From Thermodesulfobacteriota bacterium (GTDB lineage Bacteria > Desulfobacterota_D > UBA1144 > Nemesobacterales > UBA2774), in the NCBI GenBank assembly GCA_965223335.1, contig OZ244991.1, positions 1,408,001-1,472,000 of the forward strand: a stretch of 64,000 bases of DNA, written 5' to 3'. The translations under genes were made by a program, and so were the position numbers. Positions within the stretch are counted from its first letter, which is position 1, and each line of letters opens with the position of its first letter. The notes beneath the pieces were generated by a model. The model was not told the origin of the DNA. It made no database searches and was given only the letters and a program-made list of their open reading frames with translations. Shown here one piece after another: positions 1 through 9,140 of this stretch.

Positions 1-313
1 ATATACCTATGGATATTGCAAATAAGAGCAGGCTGTTTATGAATGCGGCTAGGATCTCGGCCCTGTAAAAACCGAATGTTTTTCTAGATGTCGGCGGCCT
101 TAGCGAGAACCAAAGTGCAAAGAACGCCAACGACAATGCAAACACATCTGTAAGCATGTGGGCTGCGTCTGAGATCAGCGCAAGACTGCCGGTGTACCAT
201 CCCGCAGCGGCCTCAACAAACATGAATGACGCCGTAAGCGCAAGCACTATTATTAGGGCGCGTTTTTCCCCCGCGGCTTTGTAACTGTGAGTGTGGTCGT
301 GCGTATGAGCCAT
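1..313 (-). CDS. Cation diffusion facilitator (CDF) metal transporter, CzcD/ZitB-like; runs off the window start
   Basis: Manual translation from ATG at 313: MAHTHDHTHSY...EAAAGWYTGSLALISDAAHMLTDV...TFGFYRAEILAA, the CDF signature. Not in the ORF track because it is truncated. Confidence 0.9.
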   Translation of the reverse strand, partial: MAHTHDHTHSYKAAGEKRALIIVLALTASFMFVEAAAGWYTGSLALISDAAHMLTDVFALSLAFFALWFSLRPPTSRKTFGFYRAEILAAFINSLLLFAISIGI

Positions 314-383
314 ATCGGTTAAAAATACATACGCAAATTGGCCGAGTCAAAGAACCCTAATGGTGTTAGAGGTCTTATGTGAT

Positions 384-671
384 CTATTGCTTTTTGAAGT
401 GTTTTTCGGCCAAGGGGTCGTTATCCAGTTCTGAGATCAGGTAGCTGATCCGGTACTGGTCCCCGGGGAAGTGATAGAGCTTTATCCCGCTTGGAGTAAC
501 CAGGTTTACACCGTCTCTTTTTGTGTCGGAGGGCAGTTCTACTTCATACACGGGGTAGCCGGCTGAACCCGCACCCAGGTTTACAATTTTTCGTGATTCG
601 CGCAGCTTTGTGACGCTGTCTGCTATCTGCCAAACCTTGGGAAAGACCTGTCCCCGTACTAGTAGTTTCAT
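384..671 (-). CDS. Hypothetical protein (95 aa)
   Basis: ORF with an AAGGGG RBS, same strand as its neighbours; no family recognised. Confidence 0.6.
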   Translation of the reverse strand: MKLLVRGQVFPKVWQIADSVTKLRESRKIVNLGAGSAGYPVYEVELPSDTKRDGVNLVTPSGIKLYHFPGDQYRISYLISELDNDPLAEKHFKKQ

Positions 672-723
672 GTTGAGCCCCTTTTTAGTAATGTTAATTC
701 TCTGGAGGTATAAGTCATAATGG

Positions 724-1068
724 TTATTGATCTATTTCGATCCTTGAGATCATGCCCACACACATAAGAATTTTATCCAGTTTTGTGTTGCGTTCGTGAA
801 TAAACCTTTCAACCACCAGACTGCCGCAAACCACGCATTCCCACTCGGTTTCGTCACTATACACTGCACAGCTCTCGCAGTACTTGGATCTATCATCATA
901 CCAGCTTAGATGCGAGTACAACAGTTCGTTAAGCCCGCCTTTACTCAAACAATCGGCCCACTCGGATAGGTCGTCTATGATCTTAAGTCTCGTGTCCTTG
1001 GGTACTTCACTAAAGTCCCCTGCATATATCTCGTCGTCGTCTACATAGAGCTTGCAATAAAAACCCAT
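724..1068 (-). CDS. Hypothetical protein with a possible zinc ribbon
   Basis: GGAGGAG RBS; CESC...CVVC (two CxxC motifs). Confidence 0.65.
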   Translation of the reverse strand: MGFYCKLYVDDDEIYAGDFSEVPKDTRLKIIDDLSEWADCLSKGGLNELLYSHLSWYDDRSKYCESCAVYSDETEWECVVCGSLVVERFIHERNTKLDKILMCVGMISRIEIDQ

Positions 1069-1202
1069 ACACTCCTCCCCCTAACCGATTGATCGAGATT
1101 TAGGAATTACATATAAGGTTATCATTATAGATGCCGAGAGCAATCCGGTTTGCGATGCAGACGCAACTATTTGAACTCGGACCAAAAGACTTGGGTGGGG
1201 TA

Positions 1203-3116
1203 TTAACGGCTGACCGATTCAGCTCCCAATACCCTCGTGACTGCGTTTTGTATCTGGTCAATAGAAAAGGGCTTTTTAATAAAGGATATGGCCCCTTCGT
1301 TCATGACCCTGTCGGTTATCCGATCGTCGGGCCTTGCACTTATTACGACTACAGCGGAGTTGGGGTCTATAACCTTTATCTCTTTTAGCACATCGAATCC
1401 GTTTTTCTTTGGCATCGAGAGGTCGAGGAACACTATATCGAAGTGATTTTTTTTAATCTCTTCCATCGCCGACACGCCGTCGTCACAGGTGACCACGTTG
1501 TGCCCTGTACTCGTTAAACAGTCGTGGATAATGTCCCTTATAAACTCTTCGTCATCTACCACCAGGATGTTCCCTTTCCTGTGCATCTGAATGACATTTG
1601 CGCTCTTAATCTGTGTCACACTCACCGTTTCTGTGGTGGACGGGCGGGACTGTCTGTTGGGCAGCTTAATGGTAAAGGTTGTGCCCTTGTGGGGCTCGCT
1701 TGTAACATCGATTGTGCCGTCGTGGCGTTCTATAATAGCGTAGATCACTGAAAGGCCAAGACCGGTGCCCGACTTTGAAGCGTCGGTTTTCTTTGTGGTA
1801 AAAAATGGCTCAAATATTCTGTTTAGGTTTTCTTGAGGAATGCCGTGTCCGGTGTCGGAGAAGTCGATACGAACAAAATCGTCTTCGAGCTTGGTACTTA
1901 TAGCAATTGCTCCGCCATCGGGCATTGCGTGCTTAGAGTTTATGGCAAGGTTTAGGAAAACCTGCTGTATTTCGCCCAGGTTAAGACTAATTGGGGGGAC
2001 ATTGCCAAAGTTTCTTACTATTTTGACCCCCTCTGTCTCAAACGTGTGCTCCACAAGCCCGCATGCGTCATCAATGGCGTCTTCGATCTGTGCGACTTGG
2101 AAAACCTCTCCCTTTTGCCTCGAGAACGACAGCAGTTTGTTAATGATCTCGACTGCTCTCGTACCGGCTTTTTCTATGACAGTGAGGTCTTTTCTTACTG
2201 TCTCCAAATCGTCGCGGGTGGCGGCAAGGCTTGTATAGCCCATTATACCGGAAAGGATGTTGTTGAACTCATGAGCTACACCTGCTGCGAGCTGACCAAC
2301 ACCCGACATCTTAGCCGAGTGGATAAGCTGGGCCTCGAGTTTTTTGTTCTCGGTTATGTCCTCGGTGGTTGCTATGATGCCGAATATATTATCGGACTCG
2401 AAATCGATCAGCGGCGAGAGTGCTACCTCTAAGAATTTATCTGCGTATTTTACCTCGTGTTTGGTTGAATAGTATGGGTCGCTAAGAAGAGTGGGGACTA
2501 TGGAATTAAAGTTAATACCGTTTAGCAGATCGCGTAAATTTAGTCCTATGCAATCTTGTTCAAACAGATCTTGGGTTCTGGGATTGGCTGTGGTAATTGT
2601 TAGCTCGCGGTCTGTTGTTATGATGCTCTCGTTGGTGCTGTTTAGTATGTTTTCAAGGTCTCTGTTGCGTTCTTTTACCTTTTGTTCGAGGTTGGAGTTT
2701 AGTTTTTTGAGTTCATATAACAGGCGAACGTTTTCTTGGTGGAGGTCATAGCGCTGGACAGCGTGGCTGATCACGCTTTTAAGCTTATTGTAATCTAGGG
2801 GCTTGGTCAGGTAGTCAAACGCTCCGTTTTGCACGGCGTCCACGGCAGTGTCTAGCGATGCAAACCCTGTCATCAAGATGACAGGGATATCGGGGTTCTT
2901 AGCCCTAATCTCCTCGAGCAAATCGATGCCGTCTTTCTCGGGCATCCTAATGTCCGAGAGCACAACATCAAAGGAGTGCTCCTTTAGAAGCTGCAGAGCT
3001 TTATCGCAGTTATATGCTGTAAGCACATTGTAGCCCTGTTTTGATAGTATGTCGGATATAATCTTTAGTATCAGCTGTTCGTCGTCAACAACCAATACCT
3101 GTTTATCTTCAATCAT
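1203..3116 (-). CDS. Hybrid histidine kinase REC-PAS-HisKA-HATPase-REC
   Basis: N-terminal receiver (VVDDE, SDIRMP, TKP), H-box AGVAHEFNN, FEPFFTTK/GTGLGL, C-terminal receiver (LDLSMP, KKPF). Confidence 0.93.
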   Translation of the reverse strand: MIEDKQVLVVDDEQLILKIISDILSKQGYNVLTAYNCDKALQLLKEHSFDVVLSDIRMPEKDGIDLLEEIRAKNPDIPVILMTGFASLDTAVDAVQNGAFDYLTKPLDYNKLKSVISHAVQRYDLHQENVRLLYELKKLNSNLEQKVKERNRDLENILNSTNESIITTDRELTITTANPRTQDLFEQDCIGLNLRDLLNGINFNSIVPTLLSDPYYSTKHEVKYADKFLEVALSPLIDFESDNIFGIIATTEDITENKKLEAQLIHSAKMSGVGQLAAGVAHEFNNILSGIMGYTSLAATRDDLETVRKDLTVIEKAGTRAVEIINKLLSFSRQKGEVFQVAQIEDAIDDACGLVEHTFETEGVKIVRNFGNVPPISLNLGEIQQVFLNLAINSKHAMPDGGAIAISTKLEDDFVRIDFSDTGHGIPQENLNRIFEPFFTTKKTDASKSGTGLGLSVIYAIIERHDGTIDVTSEPHKGTTFTIKLPNRQSRPSTTETVSVTQIKSANVIQMHRKGNILVVDDEEFIRDIIHDCLTSTGHNVVTCDDGVSAMEEIKKNHFDIVFLDLSMPKKNGFDVLKEIKVIDPNSAVVVISARPDDRITDRVMNEGAISFIKKPFSIDQIQNAVTRVLGAESVSR

Positions 3117-5640
3117 GATTCAGTTCTCCTTCCTCGCCTGATTTCACAGGTAATTCAATCACAAACACCGTCCCCTTACCCTTTTCACTGCTTACTATTA
3201 TCTTCCCTTTATGCTCTTCAATGATTTTATATGCTATAGATAAGCCTAATCCCGTTCCCATATCTTTTCTAGTGAAGAACGGATCGAACAGTTTCGGTAT
3301 GTCCTCTGTTTCTATTCCGACACCGGTGTCGGCGATCGTAACGAATACGGTTTCTTCGTTGGCGGGGCTTAGGTTTTCGTGATAGGTGCCGGTGTCGATC
3401 GTAAGCTCCCCACCCTGGGGCATGGCCTGGATCGCATTTAAAATAATGTTTATGAACACCTGCCAGAGCTGGTTGGAATCGGCCCTAATCACCGGTATTT
3501 TATCGTTTAAATTAGTGTTCATGTTTACCTTGCTGTCTACCAATTGCTTACGGATAAGTACCAGTATGTTTTGTAATATAGAGTTCACGTCTACCGGTTC
3601 CAGTTGTGCGGGTTCTGCTCTGGAAAATTTGAGCAGGCTGTCAATCAAACGGTTTGTACGGTCTATCTCGTGTTTTATGTAGTTAAGGTAATCGTCTACC
3701 TCGGGCGAGCTGTTTTTGGCGGTCATGTGTGTGGACAGGTAGTAGCGGGCACCCTCAATAATATTTAATGGGTTTCTGATTTCGTGAGCTATACCGGCTG
3801 CGAGCTGTCCGATGGCCGACATCTTTTCGGCTTGGACAAGCTGGGCCTGGGTATCTTGGAGCTCGTTGTTGGCGCTCTCGAGTTTCTTGGCGTAGTCTTC
3901 GACAAGCTTAAACGCAAGGGCGTTCTCGATTGCTATGGCACTTTGGTTTGCAAGGATTCGAAGTAGTTTGATATCGCGCGAAGTATATGCGAGGCCCGAT
4001 TTCTTGCCCCCTAGGCAGATCACTCCGATCAGTTGTCTCTTAAAGAACAGGGGTACGAATAGCGATGCGTTGTATTCATCAAATACTTGATAGAGCTCTT
4101 GCGAATGTTTAATGAATTTTTCATCTGCAGCAAGATCCTCTTTGAAAATCTCTTTCTTGTATTTATTTAGAAGCGTGATTATTACTGAATCTTCTGAAAG
4201 TTCTTTACCGGTATAGGTGATTATTTCATGTGTACGTCCTGAAACTCTATATGTGCCTCTGTCTTGATTGTAGATTGCTACGGTTGTAGGGTCTGAGAAC
4301 ATAGTGGTCTCAACCACTGTTATTATTTTTTCTACAATTTTATCTAGGCTCAGTATCGAGGTCATAGCATAACTAACCTCTTCTACAGTTTTTCTGTAGT
4401 CATATTTTTTGCGGAAAAACGTTAGGTCTACTATGTCCTGAATGCGAGATTTAAGAGGATTAAGAGCCACCACCAATAGCCCGCTTAGAACAACAAAGAA
4501 TGCGGGGTTGCGCCACCCGCCGTACTTGGCAAACGCTATGTTGAAACCCACTACCATGAGTGCAAAGATTCCTCCCACGGCACCGGTCAGAAGGCCGTAG
4601 GTTAATGTTTTTTCTACTATCACATCTATATCAAACAGCTTGTGTTTGACTATCGCGTATGCTATCGAGAGGGGGAATACGATTACAAGGAATGCTAAAT
4701 TGTTTAGGTGGCTAATCCCTAAGAATGTGATTATTGATGCGCATAGTGCCGGTACAAAAAATCCAACGAATGCACCCAGTAGTATGATTCGCGCACGTTC
4801 TTTATCAAACAGGTTGTCGGGTTTAATATAGCTGTATACGGTAGTGCCTATGAAGGTTAGTGTGGACATAAGCACATATACCCAAGTGAGGATATCGATC
4901 TTTTGCCACATTACCGGATTGTCGAAAAACAGGTAATGCGAGATTATGAGCGCCACAGAAGGTATAAAAGGTATTAATAAGACGGATCTATTTGTAGATA
5001 GAAAGCCGTTTTTCTCGGGGAACACAAGCCCAAGAGCAATGAGAAAAGCCGGGCTGAGCATCCATCCCCAAATGGGCAGAGAACCCAGTATATAGGTCGA
5101 TTGGGCGTCGAATATCGAGGTGAACCACACACTTACAGATAAGCAGAAAAAGAAAAAGAATTTACTTGATCTAAGCCTTGGTTTAAGGAAATAAACTACC
5201 AATCCTGTGATGAATACTAAAAAGCCTACAATGTACACCCCACCGAATACTTGTATAAAATCCCCAAAGCCAAACCTCATGCTTCTTACACTGAGGCTCG
5301 TGACTTGACCCTGCTTGAGTACATCGTAGTTAACCAGTGACCCAACGGTCATTGCCCCTACGTTTTGGTAGATCTCTGTGGCAGTGAGCTCGGTGCCCTC
5401 AATGCCCACTATGGTGTCATAGGAGTTTATGTGTCCCGAGTCTCTACCGGTCCAATGGGGCAGGCTTACTTCGCATACAACCGAGTTCTCGTAGATCAAG
5501 AACCCAGGGAAATTCTTGTCTAAGAGCTCTGTTGCTTTATAGACACTGCTAATTACTACGGCTGAAAAGCCCACAACGCATAGCAGCACAAATAACTTAA
5601 ACATGCTCTCAAACCCTGTGCTTTTGTCCTCTGTACCCAT
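3109..5640 (-). CDS. Membrane sensor histidine kinase (extracytoplasmic PDZ-like region, multi-TM region, GAF, HisKA, HATPase)
   Basis: Many TM segments; GAF-like LFVPL...IGVICLG...LANQSAIAIENA; H-box AHEIRNPL; GTGLGL. Overlaps the downstream kinase by 8 nt. Confidence 0.9.
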   Translation of the reverse strand: MGTEDKSTGFESMFKLFVLLCVVGFSAVVISSVYKATELLDKNFPGFLIYENSVVCEVSLPHWTGRDSGHINSYDTIVGIEGTELTATEIYQNVGAMTVGSLVNYDVLKQGQVTSLSVRSMRFGFGDFIQVFGGVYIVGFLVFITGLVVYFLKPRLRSSKFFFFFCLSVSVWFTSIFDAQSTYILGSLPIWGWMLSPAFLIALGLVFPEKNGFLSTNRSVLLIPFIPSVALIISHYLFFDNPVMWQKIDILTWVYVLMSTLTFIGTTVYSYIKPDNLFDKERARIILLGAFVGFFVPALCASIITFLGISHLNNLAFLVIVFPLSIAYAIVKHKLFDIDVIVEKTLTYGLLTGAVGGIFALMVVGFNIAFAKYGGWRNPAFFVVLSGLLVVALNPLKSRIQDIVDLTFFRKKYDYRKTVEEVSYAMTSILSLDKIVEKIITVVETTMFSDPTTVAIYNQDRGTYRVSGRTHEIITYTGKELSEDSVIITLLNKYKKEIFKEDLAADEKFIKHSQELYQVFDEYNASLFVPLFFKRQLIGVICLGGKKSGLAYTSRDIKLLRILANQSAIAIENALAFKLVEDYAKKLESANNELQDTQAQLVQAEKMSAIGQLAAGIAHEIRNPLNIIEGARYYLSTHMTAKNSSPEVDDYLNYIKHEIDRTNRLIDSLLKFSRAEPAQLEPVDVNSILQNILVLIRKQLVDSKVNMNTNLNDKIPVIRADSNQLWQVFINIILNAIQAMPQGGELTIDTGTYHENLSPANEETVFVTIADTGVGIETEDIPKLFDPFFTRKDMGTGLGLSIAYKIIEEHKGKIIVSSEKGKGTVFVIELPVKSGEEGELNHD

Positions 5641-5652
5641 CTCTCTATATTC

Positions 5653-8460
5653 TCAGTTCTTATCCTTAATTCGACGTTTATATAAAGTCCAGTTTACGTC
5701 GTCCTCAACACCGCCTAGCTCTGTTATAAGGTTGTTTTTATCGCCGTCCACCATCTCCCATGTGCAAGTGGCCTTTCTATATCCTTTTTCTATCATGTTT
5801 CTGCATATATGGGCCAATAGACTGAGCCCGATACCCCTGTTCGAGTACTCGCCGAGCACGCCCATAAGCACTATCGCACCTTCCCTTATGCGCCCAAGCT
5901 CTCTGGGGATAGAGGAGAGCTCCGTGGGGCCTAGCTCGCCGCTTGCCATCTTAAATATAGGGGCACACTGTGGGAACCCGCCAATAAAACCTACCGATTT
6001 TCCCTCTACCTCGGATATTAACCACAAACCCTGCATGATAAGGTCCCTAAACTCGCGTACAAACTCTATAAACTCGTCTTCTTCAAACGGTGCATATTTC
6101 CATAGCCGTGGAAAAGCCTCGTTATAGATATCGAGCACGTATTTTGAGTCCCGCTCGTACTTACCCTTGTTCAACTCTCTTATTTCTGCATTGTTGGATC
6201 TTATAGTGTCCTCAATGAGCTTGATATTGTCTTCTGATGTGAGGTCAATCGAGTAATGATGCAGAGTCTTTAACGGTTTATAACCTAAGTTAGTGAAATA
6301 GTCTTTGTAGTACTCGGGTGTGTAGGGCTGGAGGAATGATGGCGTGACATTGTTGCTGTCATTTATGAGCCCCCCACCGTAGAACACAAGAGGGACCTGT
6401 ACCGGTGCCACCACTTCTTCCATGCCCTCTTTTGCAAGGTATTCATGGGCACTATTCACCAATGCTGCTACAGCATTGTCCGAGTGCGGCATTGCCTCGA
6501 AGTAGCCCAAGAAACCTACTTTCTCGTCCCAGTAGCTGTTGTGTCTCTTGTCTACAAAGGCGCTTAGTGTAGCAACTATATTGCCGTTTTCTGTGGCTAT
6601 GAACCTCTTGGATCTGATATTGCGTTTGAAATAGGTGTGATGATCGCCGCTCAGCAGCTTTACCCTGTCTTTAATAAGGAAATATGGGACCCAATTGGGC
6701 TTGTCCTGGTAGACTTCCCAAGACAGCTTGAGTGATTTGACCATCTGGTCGTGGGATAGGATCTCTCTTATTTCCAAATCCTTGTCAACCTTCTCAAGCT
6801 TTAACGAATCTGTGGGCGTCTGTTCCTGATGTGTTTCGGGTGTTGGGATTTTGTATGTTTTTTTGAGGAAGTTGTGCTCTTTGCCTACTTTCTCGAATAT
6901 CTCGAGTGTTTTGTCGAGGTCTTCGCGCGTGTGGGTTGCCATAATTCTAAGCCTCAAGCGTTCCTGGCCTCTTGCCACGGCCGGATAGGGCAGCGGCTCA
7001 AGGTACACACCCTCTTCGAATATCCTCTTATTCATCTTTCTAAGCAGTAATTCGTCGCCTATGATAGTGGACATTATTGCGGATTCGGACTTGTCTACAT
7101 TGTTATAGCCCATGGAGCTAAGGTTTTCTCTTACGTACTTAACATTAGACCAGAGCTGCTCTACGATTTCGGGCTCTGTCTCCAATACATTTACCGCCGC
7201 AGCCGCAGCCGCCAGAGTCGTAGGGGGAGGGCTTACAGAAAAGAATGCCGTTCTTGCGTAATAGTAGACGTACCTGGATATCTCTTTAGACGATGCAATG
7301 TAACCCCCCAAGCCCCCAAGAGCCTTGCTTAGCGAATCCATCACGATATCGACCCTGCCGTGCATCTGGAAGTGTGAGAGCGTGCCTCTGCCGTGATCAC
7401 CGATTACACCCGTGGCATGAGCTTCGTCCAACAGTATCTTGGCACCGAACTCATCGGCTATGTCGCATACGTCGGGCAGAGGTACAATATCGCCGTCTAT
7501 CCCGTCTACTCCCTCAACAATAATGAGTTTGCCCTCGTAACGGTCGGAAATGGTCTCTAACAGCTGCCTAAGATGGTCCATGTCTCCATGGCGGAAGCTT
7601 CGGTAAGAGCCCAGTCCCAGGTTGCAGCCGTCTAGGATGCTCGCGTGTACCATCTTGTCGATTATGGCAACGTCCTTTCTACCCAAGATGGAGGATATAC
7701 AGCCCATATTAGCCATGTGTCCGGTAGGAAACACCACAGCGGCTTCAAACCCCTTAAACTCTGCGAGTTTCTCTTCAAGCTCCTGGTGCATCTTGTGTGT
7801 GCCCGAGAGCAGTCTAACCGAACCGTTTCCCGTGCCGTATTCAAGCAGTGCGTTCTTTGCGGCTTCTATGACCCGTGGGTGGACCTGAAGCCCCAAGTAA
7901 TTGCTGGTCCCCATCATGATAACTTCTCGTTCTTCCCCCGATTTCTTGTCTACAATTACAACTCTATTTTTAGTGGCTGATTGCAGGGGTGTGCCGTATT
8001 TGTTGAAGTTCTTTTTATTTGTATCTTCTATGAACTCCCAAAAGAGCTCGGCTTTCTTAAATATGTTCTTATCCGAGACCTCGACGTAGTCGGCCAGAGA
8101 TAGGTTGTCGGAGTCCACTCTCCGTATAATGTCTTCAATATGTTTTTTTAGCCTGTTTTTATCAGAGTCGTAGATGGAAAGGAACCGTACACCCACACCG
8201 CGATGCTTCTCTCCGTTAGCATGGATCCACCTTACATCGCAGTATGCTTTAACCGGGTGGGGTTGATCGGTAATCTTACAGTCTAGTAATAGCTTGGTGC
8301 CGCGACAAAAATTTTCCTCGGATTCAATAAAAAGTCCGTCCGGTGACAAATTTATGGCACGTCCGATATGCTTACCCGTACGCCTGGAGAAAACATCGAA
8401 ATCCACTGGGATCCTTGGATGTTGTCTCCGATTGCCGGATACTCTAATCTCTAATGACAC
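5653..8460 (-). CDS. Fusion of PilZ, PLP alpha-oxoamine synthase (class II aminotransferase, Spt/BioF/CqsA family) and GNAT N-acyltransferase (bacterial ceramide synthase-like)
   Basis: PilZ motifs RRQHPR and NLSPDG; AOS motifs SNYLGL, HASILDG, DEAH, SLSKALG; C-terminal PNWVP...VGFLGYFE...PYTPEYY. GTG start after GGAGGAG. Confidence 0.85.
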   Translation of the reverse strand: MSLEIRVSGNRRQHPRIPVDFDVFSRRTGKHIGRAINLSPDGLFIESEENFCRGTKLLLDCKITDQPHPVKAYCDVRWIHANGEKHRGVGVRFLSIYDSDKNRLKKHIEDIIRRVDSDNLSLADYVEVSDKNIFKKAELFWEFIEDTNKKNFNKYGTPLQSATKNRVVIVDKKSGEEREVIMMGTSNYLGLQVHPRVIEAAKNALLEYGTGNGSVRLLSGTHKMHQELEEKLAEFKGFEAAVVFPTGHMANMGCISSILGRKDVAIIDKMVHASILDGCNLGLGSYRSFRHGDMDHLRQLLETISDRYEGKLIIVEGVDGIDGDIVPLPDVCDIADEFGAKILLDEAHATGVIGDHGRGTLSHFQMHGRVDIVMDSLSKALGGLGGYIASSKEISRYVYYYARTAFFSVSPPPTTLAAAAAAVNVLETEPEIVEQLWSNVKYVRENLSSMGYNNVDKSESAIMSTIIGDELLLRKMNKRIFEEGVYLEPLPYPAVARGQERLRLRIMATHTREDLDKTLEIFEKVGKEHNFLKKTYKIPTPETHQEQTPTDSLKLEKVDKDLEIREILSHDQMVKSLKLSWEVYQDKPNWVPYFLIKDRVKLLSGDHHTYFKRNIRSKRFIATENGNIVATLSAFVDKRHNSYWDEKVGFLGYFEAMPHSDNAVAALVNSAHEYLAKEGMEEVVAPVQVPLVFYGGGLINDSNNVTPSFLQPYTPEYYKDYFTNLGYKPLKTLHHYSIDLTSEDNIKLIEDTIRSNNAEIRELNKGKYERDSKYVLDIYNEAFPRLWKYAPFEEDEFIEFVREFRDLIMQGLWLISEVEGKSVGFIGGFPQCAPIFKMASGELGPTELSSIPRELGRIREGAIVLMGVLGEYSNRGIGLSLLAHICRNMIEKGYRKATCTWEMVDGDKNNLITELGGVEDDVNWTLYKRRIKDKN

Positions 8461-8595
8461 GATACTCCTCCCGATACCGTGAATATTTGACAGTAACCTT
8501 TAACACTGATCAGAAGTTAGTTCACATTGTGAATGTAACTATTCCCCGATTAATGCCATCTAGCTACAGCTATATTGTCTCTTCATTAGAACATA

Positions 8596-8685
8596 CTTCG
8601 GTAGCCCAACCACCATAGACCCATTTCCGACCCGTAGGCTTGTGACTTTGCGTCCTATCTTTTCAGATAGTTTGCCTTTTCGGTA
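8596..8685 (-). ncRNA. Cyclic di-GMP-I (GEMM) riboswitch
   Basis: Minus strand reads CCGAAAAGGCAAACTATCT-GAAA-AGATAGGACGCAAAGTCACAAGCCTAC...TATGGTGGTTGGGCTACCGAAG. This has GGCAAAC, a GNRA-capped P2, GGACGCAAAG and a terminal TACCGA, as in the Vc2-type consensus. Confidence 0.92.
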
Positions 8686-8705
8686 GGACTAATTCGCTAT
8701 TCCCA

Positions 8706-8734
8706 ATTGTAATGCTAAAACGAAAAAAATGCAA
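8706..8734 (-). promoter_or_regulatory. Putative sigma70 promoter of the riboswitch-led operon
   Basis: TTGCAT-17 nt-TACAAT on the minus strand, just upstream of the aptamer. Confidence 0.55.
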
Positions 8735-8868
8735 CAACTTTGGTACGAGAATGTCTCGGACTCAAAAAAGTGTCAATTCCGAACATTTATTGTCTTAATA
8801 GCGTTAGATATATACTGAAAAGGCAATATAACGATCTAACTTGCTAATGTTTAAGGCTACATACCTGT

Positions 8869-8884
8869 TGGCACGATCATTGCA
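8869..8884 (+). promoter_or_regulatory. Sigma54 (-24/-12) promoter
   Basis: TGGCAC-GATCA-TTGCA, a perfect consensus match. Confidence 0.8.
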
Positions 8885-8924
8885 CTATATATAGCCAAAA
8901 GATTAGAATTGGAGGTTGAATCAG

Positions 8925-9128
8925 ATGAGTTTTCCACTAATAGATTTTGCAGGGGCAAACGGTAATAACATGAACACAACATACAGAATGATAATATACA
9001 AATCAGGCGAGCCCTTTGTGGACGTTACCGATATATCATGGAAGTCTCTATTCTCCGTAATAAAGAAGGTACATATGAAAGTGGATAGTGATCTGTATAG
9101 TTTTAAGATCTACATGGATAAAACTTAG
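8925..9128 (+). CDS. Small hypothetical protein (67 aa)
   Basis: GGAGG at 8911-8915 before ATG 8925; downstream of a sigma54 promoter; does not overlap aroC. Confidence 0.6.
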   Translation: MSFPLIDFAGANGNNMNTTYRMIIYKSGEPFVDVTDISWKSLFSVIKKVHMKVDSDLYSFKIYMDKT

Positions 9129-9140
9129 ATTGTTTGATTG

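Noticed and set aside
5653..8460. Plain bioF call
   Set aside because: No biotin genes are nearby, and the extra PilZ and GNAT domains argue against ordinary BioF. No symbol was assigned.
8596..8685. cGAMP-sensing GEMM-Ib variant
   Set aside because: The discriminator position is G, not A.
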